Origin: Phyllobates terribilis
Lineage: Eukaryota
Direction: 5' to 3'
Length of the DNA: 64,000 bases
Assembly: GCF_046119375.1 (NCBI RefSeq)
Contig: NW_027363230.1
Coordinates: 310,001 to 374,000, forward strand
Below, piece after piece: positions 24,601 to 37,100 of the stretch; the first letter of the stretch is position 1, and each line of letters begins with the position of its first letter. The position numbers and the translations under genes are program-made. The notes under the pieces were generated by a model, which was given only the letters and a program-made list of their open reading frames with translations, ran no database searches and was not told where the DNA came from.

Positions 24601-26830
24601 GCAGGTACAAAAAGCAGGAAGTGATCGGGTGCCGCCCTTAAGCAGCAGACACAGAGGCAAACAGACAGCATGGAGGGAAGCCAGGCTAGCAAACTGGACT
24701 GGAGATCAAGTGCGCGCTCTTGCACAGTGGGAGATGGACCACTATGCAAGGACGCCACCAGGTATGTTACATAATGCACTCGCCATGGTCCTCCACGCGG
24801 TATAATGCACTCGCCATGGTCCTCCACGCGGTATAATGCACTCGCCATGGTCCTCCACGCGGTATAATGCACTCGCCATGGTCCTCCACGCGGTATAATG
24901 CACTCGCCATGGTCCTCCACGCGGTATAATGCACTCGCCATGGTCCTCCACGCGGTATAATGCACTCGCCATGGTCCTCCACACGGTATAATGCTCTCTC
25001 CATGGTCCTGTATGCAGTATAATGCGACAGTATAATGAACTCCCCATGGTCCTCCACGCAGTATAATGCACCCCATGGTCCTGTACGCAGTATAATGCAG
25101 CCCCCCATAGGGTAAAATGCAGCTTCCCCCCACTATAGGGTAAAATGCCGCCCCCAGTCCTCCAGTTTTATCAGTATTCACTGATTTATAAATAAATACA
25201 TACTTACCGCTCCTCGTTCCCCACTGCTTCAGTCTCTGCAGAGCGTCTGTGTCATCACCTCAGTAGCTGCCAGCTCCACTGTCTGACAGAGCGTGGAGCG
25301 TCATCACGCCGCTGCGTCAGACGCAGAGGAGGAATGATGGGAGAGAGAGTGTCACATGACGTTCCCTCCTCCATCATTGCTATCAACCAGGGCCGACTCC
25401 AGATTTTCGTGGGCCCCGGGCGAAAGAGTCTCAGTGGGCCTTTTAATACATACACCATTCATGATGCACAGATACCGTAGAGAAATATAGGTATAGTACA
25501 CAGGGCCCAGGCTGTCCCCTCATCCTTCATATACTGTATGCAAACATGCACACGCACACACACATTGCGCAGACATGCGCGCACACACACAGTACGCAGA
25601 TATGCGCGCACACACAGTACGCAGATATGCACACACTCACAGTACGCAGAAACGCGCGCACACACACACAGTACGCAGACATGCACACACACAGTACGCA
25701 GACATGCACACACACAGTACGCAGACATGCACACATACAGTACCCAGACATGCGCACACACACAGTACGCAGACATGCGCACGCGCGCACACGGTACGCA
25801 GACATGCGCACACACAGTACGCAAACATGCGCACACACACAGTACGCAGACATGCGCACACACACAGTACGCAGACATGCGCACACAGTACGCAGACATG
25901 CGTGCTCGCACACGGTACGCAGACATGCGTGCTCGCACACGGTACTCAGACATGCGCGCTCGCACACGGTACGCAGACATGCGCACACACGGTACGCAGA
26001 CATGCGCTCACACAGTACGCAGACATGCGCGCGCACACGGTACGCAGACATGCACACACACAGTACGCAGACATGCGCGCGCACACAGTACGCAGACATG
26101 CACACACACAGTACGCAGACATGCGCACGCGCGCACACAGTACGCAGACATGCGCACACAGTACGCAGACATGCAAACGCGCGCACACAGTACGCAGACA
26201 TGCGCACACGGTACGCAGACATGCGCGCGCGCACACAGTACGCAGACATGCACGCACACAGTACGCAGACATGCGCACGCGCGCACACAGTACGCAGACA
26301 TGCGCACGCGCGCACACAGTACGCAGACATGCGCACGCGCGCACACAGTACGCAGACATGCGCACGCGCGCACACAGTACGCAGACATGCGAACGCGCGC
26401 ACACAGTACGCAGACATGCGCACGCGCGCACGGTACGCAGACATGCGCGCGCACACGGTACGCAGACATGCGCGCGCACACGGTACGCAGACATGCCCGC
26501 GCACACGGTACGTAGACATGCGCGCGCACACGGTACGCAGACTTGCGCACAAGGTACGCAGGCATGCGCGCGCGCACACGGTACGCAGACATGCGCGCGC
26601 GCACACGGTACGCTGCGCGCACACACGGTACGCAGACATGCGCGCACACGTTACGCAGACATGTGCGCGCGCACACTCACATTACGCAGACATGCGCGCG
26701 CACACGTTACGCAGACATGCGCGTGCACACGGTAAGCAGACATGCACATACACAAACAGATACTCAGATAACTACACATACAGACATACGTACATATTTG
26801 AACACATTCTTAAAAACACATAAAACAGAC

Positions 26831-26887
<57 letters not shown>

Positions 26888-28142
26888 GTCATACACACTG
26901 ACATACACACAAGACACATTAGAAATATACTTAATATGGGGATTGGTGAATCTAGCAACAAGCCTGTGTCCAGTCCAGCTGTGCAGGGCCGCCGGCTTGT
27001 CTGATGGCCATCACAGGCCCTGGACCATCCGAGCGGTCCACTCGCCGTTGGGGCCCACACCGCTTCCCCAACATCTCCGCAGGGAGGACCTCCGGCGGTG
27101 TTTGATTGCTGGCACGTCATCAGGGCCCCCCTCCTGCTCCACCGGCGCTGCTTAATTGATGGCACTTCATCAGGGCCCCCCTTGGGGCCTCTCTTCATCA
27201 GGGCCCCCATCGGGGCCTCCCTTCGTCAGGAACCCCCTCGGGGCCTGCCTTCATCAGGGGCGACGGCAGGGGCGACACAAGCACAATTAAAAGCACAGTG
27301 TCGCCCCTGCTGTGTCATTACTACAATACACAGCCACACAGCGCACTGCCATGCCTGAAGACAGTGCCGGTGGGAGGCGGCGGCGGCAATCAAGCAGCTG
27401 AGCGGTGAGTGAAGGAGGGGGGGACTGCTATGGGGCCCCCCCAGCTCACGGGCCCCATAGCAGTCGCTTGGCCTGCCGCCATTGGCGGATGCCACTGGCC
27501 GCCGTACTTCCTGCTGGGTTAAGCAAGTGACTTTTAATGGAGAATTTTTGGCATCACTAATCATGTTTTCTGTCATGCAATTTTCTTGTGTAAATACGGT
27601 TGAAAAAAAATCATTTGGCATATTCGCTTTTTCCTCATCCACATCCACCATTTCACCCAGACTATTTTTAAGGGGGCAAACACTATCATTTTTTAGTTTT
27701 TTACTATTTATCTAGTTAAAGAATATTTTGGGATTATTTTTACTTTCTCTGGCAATGAGTCTCTCTGTCTCAATCTTTGCTGCCTTGATTTAGTTTTTAC
27801 AGAATTTATTTAATTTTCTGTATTTATTTAATGCCTCATCACTACCTACTTGCTTTAGTACTCTAAATGCTTTCTTTTTGTCACTTATTGCGCCCCTTAC
27901 AGCTCTATTTAGCCATAGTGGTTTCCTCCTATTTCTAGCATGTTTATTCCCATAGGATATATATTTTGCACAGGTCCTATTCAGGATGCTAATAAATGTC
28001 TTCCATTTGCTTTGTGTAGTTTTATGTCTCAGGATAATCTGACAGCAACACCTCAACTGTTCTTGGAATCAGCATAGGGTATTAGTAATTTATTAACTAA
28101 TTGCCATAAGCAAATAATCCCTCAACTCAAGATTCTCTATTA

Positions 28143-28173
<31 letters not shown>

Positions 28174-31100
28174 AATAACAATAAAAGAAAATTTGTGCAA
28201 TTTTAAAATTACAATGAATGTGTGGTCTTTATATGGTCTTGATGTAAAGCATTCTAATTTATTATCGGAGATAAAGACAAAAAGCCGGCACCTGTGTATT
28301 TCAATTACCTTGCGCTGCTGATACTGCCTGTGAGCGGCGCTATTGGTGGCCGCTCGCAGGCAGCACGTGACCCCCGGCTGCAGCCGGCGCTGACATCCGC
28401 TGATGTCACGACAAGTTGCGGCTGCAGCCAGGGGTCCCTCTTCCGCGTTCCACCAGTGGCTGCTGGGTCACACCCGGCTTCCACCACGCGCTCTCATTCA
28501 CTGGGAAAGCGTGCGGTGGATGCTGGGTGTGACGCAGGGGAATAACTCCGCCCACAACCCAGCAGCCACCGCGGGGACCCCAGCGCTGAGTCACGCCTCT
28601 CTTGTCGTGACGTCAGCGTGGGGTCATGTGCTGACTGTGAGTGGCCACCTGCTCACAGGCAGTATCAGCAGCGCGAGGTAATTAAAAGGAAGGTTGTATT
28701 TATCATTAAAACACACTGGCATTTTTTTAAAAGTACCGAACAACCCCTTTAAGCAGCAATGTTACAAAAGCAGCCAGGACACCTCATCCCACGCAAGTCG
28801 GGTGCATATCTCAATGGAAACAGTGAGCAATCGTCTGTGTCAGTAAGAGGATAGATAGCACTCACCGACTGTAAAAATACCAGTCTTTATTTCATCACTT
28901 TAAAACCTAAGAGCTGGGGAGTAAGTGGAACATATTGTGGATGACGGCCGTTTCGCGCTTCCTTGCGCTTCTACTTGTCTCAAGATGAATGCTATCTATC
29001 TTCTTACTGACACGTTCTAATTAGTGATGAGCGAGCATGCTCATTACTCGAGATGCGCGAGCATGATCGTTACTCGAGATGAGCGAGCATGCTCGTTACT
29101 CGAGATTTACAAGCATGCTCGAGCGAGCACCTAGTATCTTCAGCATGCTCAGAGTAATGTTAAAATCACTCCCGTGTGCATGATTTGCCACTGTTTGACA
29201 GCTTTAATACATGTGAAGAATGCTTAAGAAGCAGCCATTTCTCACATGTATTAAAGCTGTCAAGCAGTTGCAAATCATGCACACAGGAGTGATTTTAACA
29301 TAACACCGAGCACGCTGAAGATACTCGGTGCTAGCTGAAAGGGTTAACAGAACAAACTCGCTCATCACTAGTTCTAATTTATTAATTTGTCACCAGTGAG
29401 AGAAACTATATTATCTTTTCCATGGTATCACCTATATTCATTGATAATGAACACGTCCACTAGAGGGCGTCTCCTACTAGTTTGACGTCTCACTGCCAAT
29501 AGTTCCCATATAATGAGGGACTAACCACATTACTGGTAGCAGAGAGGTTCTGGAAAAGTGAAAATGGCTCCTCGTCCCCCAAAAGAAATTCAGCAAATTC
29601 TACTCTTCCTAATGCAAATGCTCCCCTCCCTTCTGAGCACCACAGTGTGCCCAAACCGCAGTTAGCGTCCATATGTTTGGCATTTCTGTAGCGATGAGAG
29701 TCAGCCTAATTAACTGCTGCATGTCTTCAGAAGCATGAGCTGGGCACTATGTACAGGAACTACTATGTACTGGGTACTACAACGGCAGTTTGCAATTTTC
29801 ACTCAGCAACATCCACTGCTGCTTGTTTCTGGAAAACACCCATGGAGTCAAAGTCTTCACTACACCTGTAGATAAATTCCCAAAGGGATATATTTTCCAA
29901 AATGGGATCACTTGAGGGGGGATTCTGTCCTTCTAGCACTTAGGGGCTTTGTATATGGAGTCCTTTGCTCTAGGAGGCAAATAGCGCTCCGTCCTTCCCG
30001 AGTCTCGCCGGGTGGCTAAGCAGTACTGTACAGCCACATATGGGGTATTTCTACATTGAGCAGAAATTGTGTGATTAATTTTGGTGCCATTTTTATCCAT
30101 TTCCCAGTGTGAAAATGTAAAATCTAGGACTAAAACAAAATTTTAGTGGGAAAAATATTATTTTTTCTTCACTGCCCAATAGTATAAAATTCTGTGCCCC
30201 CCCCGTGGTGTCAATATGATCACTGCACCCCTAGATTGATTCATTGAGAGGTTTAGTTTGTAAAATGGGGTCTCTTATGGGGGAGGTTCTATTGTTCTGG
30301 CACCTCAGGGGCTCTGTGATATGGCACCCTCAAACTAGTCCAGCAAAATCTGAACTCCAATATGGCACTTTTTCCCTTCTGAGCTTTGCACTGCGCCTCA
30401 AAAGTAGTTTTCTTCCACATATGGGGTATCGGCGTACTCAGGAGAAATTACACAACAAATTTTGGGGTCCATTTTTTCCTGCTATCCTTGTGAAAATGAA
30501 AAAAATTGGGGCTAAAACAACATTTTTGTGGGAAAAATATTTTTTTTTTCATTTTCACAGATTAGCGTTGTAAAATTTTGTGAAGCACCTGTGGTTTCAA
30601 TGTGCTCACCACACATCCAGATAAGTTCCCTGAGGGGTCAGGTTTCCAAAAAGAGGTCACTTGTGGAAGTTTTTCACTGTTTAGGCAAATCATGGGCTCT
30701 CCAAATGCGACATGACACTCGCAGACCTGAAAGATCTTGAAATTACCGTTGCAGAAGGTCCTTCAGCTGCTCAGCTCCTGCAGCCTCCGGTTTCTGTGAT
30801 TGGGGAGGATGCGGTGTCAGCTTCCTCCTCCATCACAGGAAGCTGCCTCCGGACTATAAGACGCACACACTTTTTAACGAGTTTTTTTTGTTAAAAAAAT
30901 GCATTTTATAGTCCAAATAATAAGGTAGATAAATTCCTTAAGGGATCTAGTTTCCAAAATTGGTTCACTTGTGGAGGTTTTCCTCTGTTCAGGCACATCA
31001 GGAGTTCTACAAACATGACATGACACCTGCAGACCATTCCATCAAAGAAACATCATTCCTTCCTTTCTGAGCCGTGTCGTACGCCCAAAGAGTAGTTGTC

Positions 31101-34100
31101 CCCCACATATGGGGTATCTGCATACTCAGGGGAAATTGCACAACAAATTGTGTGGTGCAATTTTTCTTGTTACCCTTTTGAAGAAGCAAAATGTGGGGCA
31201 AAAAAACATTTTTGTGGGAAAAATTAGATTTTCTATATTTTCACGGCTCAACATTATAAACTTCTGTGAAGAATATGGTGCTCACCATACTTCTAGATAG
31301 GTTCCTTGAGGGGTCTAGGTTCCAAAATGGTGTCACTTGTGGGGTGTTTCCACTGTTTAGGCACATCAGGGGCTCTCCAATCGCGACATGGCGTCCGCTA
31401 ATTATTCCAGCAAATTTTACATTTAAAAAGTCAAATGGCGATCCTTTTCTTCTGAGCCCTGCCATGCGCCCAAACAGTTGTTTTCCCCTACATGGGATAT
31501 CAGCATGCTTAAGAGAAAATGCACAACAAATTTTGGGGTCCATTTTCTCCTGTTGTGAAACTAAAAATTTCCTTCCACATTCCATTAATTCCTGTGAAAC
31601 ACCTGGAGGGTTACTAAACTTCTTGAATGTCGTTTTGAGCACCTTGAGGGATGCAGTTTTTAGAATGGTGTCACTTTTGGGTATTTTCTGTCATATGCAT
31701 ATTGACAAATTACCGAGAGGGTAAAAAAAACCCTGGTTGAGGGGTGTATAAAAAAATGTCTTATTACTGCTTTTACTAAAATGTGGTAAAGAAGTAAATT
31801 AAAACTACACTAGTTTGTCTGTGCCCTTACTGTGATATTAAGTCTCTAGAAACTGTATAGTATTACGATACATCTGATATCATGAGCTCATTATATTCAT
31901 TATAGTTTTCCTCTGTCTGCAGTTTATAGATTAATTGATCAGATTATTTACTAGGACATACACAGGTTCCCTAGTGCTACCAAAAATATATACATAGCCA
32001 CCCCAACAAGTTTCGCCATGTCTGGCTTCCTCAGGGGGCTGGGGCTATTAGTGGCTGGACAGAGCCTGCGCCGCCAAGAGCTTATTCCGACGTCTCTTCC
32101 ATCACCAGCGTTGCCTGCAGAATGAATAAACGGTAATTACTTACCGGTAATTTGATTTTCCTGAAAGCCATGACAGCACCATACGAGAGTGTAGGATCCG
32201 CTCCTATTACCGGACAGGAAGCCCTGAGCACAAAATAAAAAGGCAACTCCCACTTCCTCCTTCAATGTGGTTTCCAGGAGTCAAGTAAGAGTCACCCAAT
32301 TCATCATCATTTTTATTTATACATTCACTCAAGCACATTCTTCATTGTGAGAAGAGAAGACTAAGAACCATCAACCAAAAGCCAGAGGGAGGGAAAATTA
32401 GGGTACTGTCATGGGTTTCAGGAAAATCAAATTAACGGTAAGTAATTATCGTTTTTCCCTTCCCCCATAACAGCACCATACGAGAGACGAAAGCAACGGA
32501 GCCCTTCAATAGGGAGGGAGCACCCATGTAGGATCTTACACCTGAAGAAATATCCCTGAAATATCCTAGTTCAACAGATTGTGAATTTTTTAGATATCAT
32601 TCAATCTTCCTTCTTGAAGCACTATCAACATAATCTCTATCGATTTGGAGCTTAAACCCAAAGCACCAACAAGAGTAAAAAGGATTTTTACAACACTCTT
32701 TCCTCTTTATCTCCCAGAGAAAGGTCTATATTTAGAGACCTCACTTATATACATGGTTGAATATTTTTCACAGATTTGATTAGATATTCTGTTTTCATTA
32801 AATCAACTAACCAACAACTGAAATATATAAGAACTGGTACTAGTACTCAGCGTGTAATAGAAGCAGAAGTTAATCGATTCAGGGAACCTGGTAACCTTAA
32901 CCAGGCTTTGACTAGGGTTTCTACTTTAATATTGTTGCCATTTTCAATTGAAGGCCCCACTTAAGGCCAAGATCTGGGCCCTAAACCTTTTCTAGGGTCA
33001 ATGATCACATAATTATTCAAAACTACCCAACTCTATGCTACCAAGAGTAGATAGAGCATGCCAGATTGCCAAAATGGGGATCTCAAAACCAGCAGAAATA
33101 TTTAGTACTTTATATCCCTTAAGGTGTAACGTTAAGTTCCCCCAAGAAATGTATTTAAGCCGAACGGACACTTTTATAGTTTGAGATTTCCATCCTGGGG
33201 AGTTTCTGGCTACCACAATCTAGCCAAGTACCAAGAGCTAATACAACTAGAAAGGGTAAGATACAGATCTGAGCTATTCCAAAAGAAAAGTCACAATCCA
33301 CCGTTCATTCAGGAATAGTGTTGAGCGATACCTTCTGATATCGGGAAATATCGGATCGGATTGGATCGGACCGATACCCAAAAAATATCGGATATCGGAT
33401 ATCGCCGATTCCAATACCGGAAACCAATGCATGTCAATGGGACACAAATATCGGAATGCCATCCCAGCGTGAGAGAATTCTCCTGATTGTTTAAAAGCCG
33501 GCGGGCGGTAAAAAGCCGCCGACTTTTAAACAATCACACAGCCCCATACTGCTTCCCCGCAGCCTCCCATCCCGATCCTCTGCTCCCCACGCCTAAGTTA
33601 GGACCGGGCGGGGAGCGAAGCACCAAGGAGCGGGGAGCGAAGGACCCGGGCGGGGAAGCCAGCAGTGAAAAGACTTTCCCGTTCTGTGCTGCGCTCCCCG
33701 CTCCCTGATGTATGTGGTATGATGTATGATTGGTGTGTGCGCGGTGTCTGCGGGTGTTTGTGGGTGTCTGCGTGCAGGCAGACATAGGCCGATGTGACAC
33801 TACTACTCCCATCGGTCTATGTCTGTCCCCCGTCCACTCGTGCCAGCAGGATCAGCTTGATGGGAGCAGTAGTTCCCATCTGCCTGATCCTGCTATTTAA
33901 ATTGCCCTACTGTGTCCTTTAAACTACCCCATATGTTATTTTGGCCCCCATGGGTTTATATTTTTGGCCCTATACATGTTTTATTTTTTTAGGCCCCCAT
34001 AGTTTTTGTTTTTGGTCCCCAATAAATTTTAAATACATTTCATTGGTGGCCAGTGGTTACCTAAAATAAATTAGTTTATACATTACCTGTCCCCGCCGAT

Positions 34101-37100
34101 CGCCACATAAAATAAAGTAAAAAATAAAAAAATACACCTATACTCACCTAGACACCTAATTCCCCGAAGCCATCAATCTCCTGTTATAAAATATAAAATA
34201 ATAAACCATAATTTTATCCTTACCCCTCCGTAGTAGTCCAAATCGAGTGTCCCACGATGATCTCCAGTTTAGAGCAGCCACATAAAATGTGACCGCTCTA
34301 AACCGCTACCGCCGCTACAATGACGGGGCCGTAAAGCAGCCCCGTCATTGCATAAGCGGGTTCGCCGGAGTTCAGGCAGCGCTGCTCCGGTGAGCTCCTT
34401 TACGGCCCCGCTGACCGTGAGAAATTCCCACGGTACAGCAGGGCCGTAAAGGAGGTCACCGGAGCTGCGCTGACTGAATGCACTCCGGTGACCTTAGTCA
34501 GGGGCTCACGCTGCCGGGAGCGGACGTGTTCCCTGCAGTGTGAGCTTACAGCAGCAATGACAGCTGTCACATCTCCAGATGTGACAGCTGTGCATGGGAG
34601 ATCAGCGCAGGAAAGTGGACAGGTAACTTTTATATTTTTTAGTAAACTAAGAATTAAATAAAATTGTGTGTTTTATTTCAAATAAATTATTTTTTTCTGG
34701 GTGTGGTGTCTGTTTTTTCTTTTTAACACTTTGTAGGTTAGTAATGGGGGTGTCATATAGACGGCCATCATTACTAACCTGGGCTTCATGGCAGCTGGCG
34801 CTGACATGAACCCCACCACTATTACCCCCTGCCACCGCACCAGGGCAGCGTGGAAGAGCGAGGCTAAGAGCCAGATTTGGCGCACAAATAGGATGTGCCA
34901 AATCTGGGGCGGCTGAGGGCTGATATTATAGCCTGCGAGGGGGCCTATAGCCATGGCCCCTTTCTAGGCTATTAATATCAGGTCGCAGCTGTCGGCCTAG
35001 CCTTTGCTGGCTCCAATTTATAGGGGGACCCTATTTTTTTTTTTTTTTTTTTTTTTGGGGGGGGGGGGTCCCACGTGTAGAATGGGCTGTAAAGGCTAAG
35101 CTAACTGCTGCGGACTGATATTAATAGCAAGGGAAGGGGCCATGATCCTTGGCTACTTCCCAGACTATTAAATCAGCCCTCAGCTTTCCCTCTTTTCCTT
35201 AAAAATACGCATGAGCCCACCCTTTTTTTTTTTTTTTTTTATACATTGAATAGGGGTTGGAGTAGGAAATGACATCAAATTGGCCTTTTTTTTCTTCACT
35301 AATTTTATTTGTCTTCAAAAACGCACATAGAATCCGCATGCGTTTTTCTGGCAAGGAGATGCGGAAATGGTCAGGAAAATTTCTGCTTCATTTCTGCATC
35401 GTGGGCACATAGCCTAATATTGGCGTGACCCCATGAATTTCGGGCTTAGGGCCAGTGGATAATACAAATCTGGCCCTAACCCCTTTATTACCCAGTGAGC
35501 CACCGAACCAGGGCCCTGGATGAGCTTGATACAGCGCCAGAAGATGGCACTTCTATGAACGCAACATTTTCTGGGGTGGCTGCGGACTGCAGTTCGCAGC
35601 AGGGGGGTCCCACAAAGCTTGGGCCACCCTGCACTGTGGATTCCAGCCCCCAGCTGCTTAGTTGTACCTGGCTGGACACAAAAATAGGGCGAAGCCCCAC
35701 TTATTTTTTTTTTAATTATTTCATGAAATTCATGAAATAATTAAAAAAAAAGGGCTTCCCTATATTGTTGTGTCCGGCCAGGTACAAATAGGCATCTGGG
35801 TGTTGGGGGCAGCCCGTTCCTGGATGCTGTACCTGGCTGGCATACAAAAATATGGCGAAGCCCATGTCAAAATTTTTGGGATAAATTAGGTAAAAAATAA
35901 ATAATAATTTAGGGACTGCATCTTTATTAACCCCTCAAGTGTCATTTAGTGTTAAAATAAAGGATTGGCGTGGGATCCCCCATAATTTTAGTCTCTAGCG
36001 GAGGTTAAGCAGACGGCTGGGGCAGATGTTTGAAGCCTGGGAAGGGGGTAATACCCACGGAGCTTCCCAGGCTACTAATATCAGCCCCCAGCTGAATACC
36101 TAGCCTTTACTAGCTATTAAAATGGGGGACCCAAAAAAAAATGATGTGGGGTCCCCTTATTTTAATAGCTAGCAAAGGCTAGGCAGACAGCTGGGGGCTG
36201 ATATTAATAGCCCAGGAAAGGTGCCATGAATATTGGCCCCCTCCCAAGCTAGAAACAGCAGCCCTCAGCCGCCCCAGATTTGGCACATCCTATTTGTGCG
36301 CCAAATCTGGCGCTTAGCCTCGCTCTTCCACGCTGCCCTGTAGCGGTGGCAGGGGGTAATAGTGGTGGGGTTCATGTCAGTGCCAGCTGCCATGAAGCCC
36401 AGGTTAGTAATGATGGGCGTCTATAAGACACCCCTATTACTAACCTACAAAGTGTTAAAAAGAAAAAACAGACACTACACCCAGAAAAAAATAATTTATT
36501 TGAAATAAAACACACAATTTTATTTAATTCTTAGTTTACTAAAAAAAAAAATAGTTACCTGCGCTGATCTCCCATGCACAGCTGTCACATCTGGAGATGT
36601 GACAGCTGTCATTGCTGCTGTAAGCTCACACTGCCGGGAACACGTCCGCTCCCGGCAGCGTGAGCCCCTGACTGAGGTCACCGGAGTGCATTCAGTCAGC
36701 GCAGCTCCGGTGACCTCCTTTACGGCCCTGCTGTACCGTGGGAATTTCTCACGGTCAGCGGGGCCGTAAAGGAGCTCACTGAAGCAGTGCTGCCTGAACT
36801 CCGGCGAACCCGCTTATGCAATGACGGGGCTGCTTTACGGCCCCGTCATTGTAGCGGCGGTAGCGGTTTAGAGCGGTCACATTTTATGTGGCTGCTCTAA
36901 ACTGGAGATCATCGTGGGACACTCGATTTGGACTACTACGGAGGGGTAAGGATAAAATTGTGGTTTATTATTTTATATTTTATAGCAGGAGATTGATGGC
37001 TTCGGGGAATTAGGTGTCTAGGTGAGTATAGGTGTATTTTTTTATTTTTACTTTATTTTATGTGGCGATCGGCGGGGACAGGTAATGTATAAACTAATTT

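Larger units (their letters stand above)
19965..24771 (-). mobile_element. Non-autonomous sushi-like LTR retroelement (no pol) with long VNTR-bearing LTRs
   Basis: LTRs 19965-21316 and 23155-24771 (TG..CA, near-identical apart from the VNTR), TSD TAATG (19960-19964 / 24772-24776), PPT at 21320-21331, 1.84-kb internal region. Confidence 0.92.
19700..25100. repeat. 31-bp minisatellite (ACACAGTATAATGCACTCGCCATGGTCCTCC), split by the LTR element
   Basis: 31-nt period at 19862/19893/19924; the array resumes at 24772. Confidence 0.9.
19290..27497. mobile_element. Composite non-autonomous hAT-like unit (CAGGGGC.../...GCCACTG ends) carrying minisatellites and an LTR element
   Basis: Degenerate 8-bp TSD ACCGCCAT (19282-19289) / GCCGCCGT (27498-27505); internal end CAGGGCCGAC at 25388; 25388-27400 is the reverse complement of the MITE family at 54149-55340. 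Confidence 0.6.
17593..28036 (-). mobile_element. CR1 LINE copy 2, 5'-truncated, split into 17593-19289 and 27498-28036 by an 8.2-kb insertion
   Basis: Highly similar to copy 1; own CTATGTTA 3' tail at ~17593; the sequence AGACACCGCCGTAC is rejoined across the insertion. Confidence 0.9.

Noticed and set aside
25459-26823. Multiple 200-425-aa ORFs in all frames
   Set aside because: Stop-free low-complexity repeat; not protein-like
28280-28752. Palindromic GC-rich segment as a structured ncRNA
   Set aside because: Ends in GAACAACCCCTTTAA, typical of a TTAA-type MITE end; likely an ordinary MITE remnant with an unresolved left boundary
32776-33216. Short ORFs inside DIRS as tyrosine recombinase remnants
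   Set aside because: No R-H-R-Y catalytic motifs recognisable by eye; needs tBLASTn
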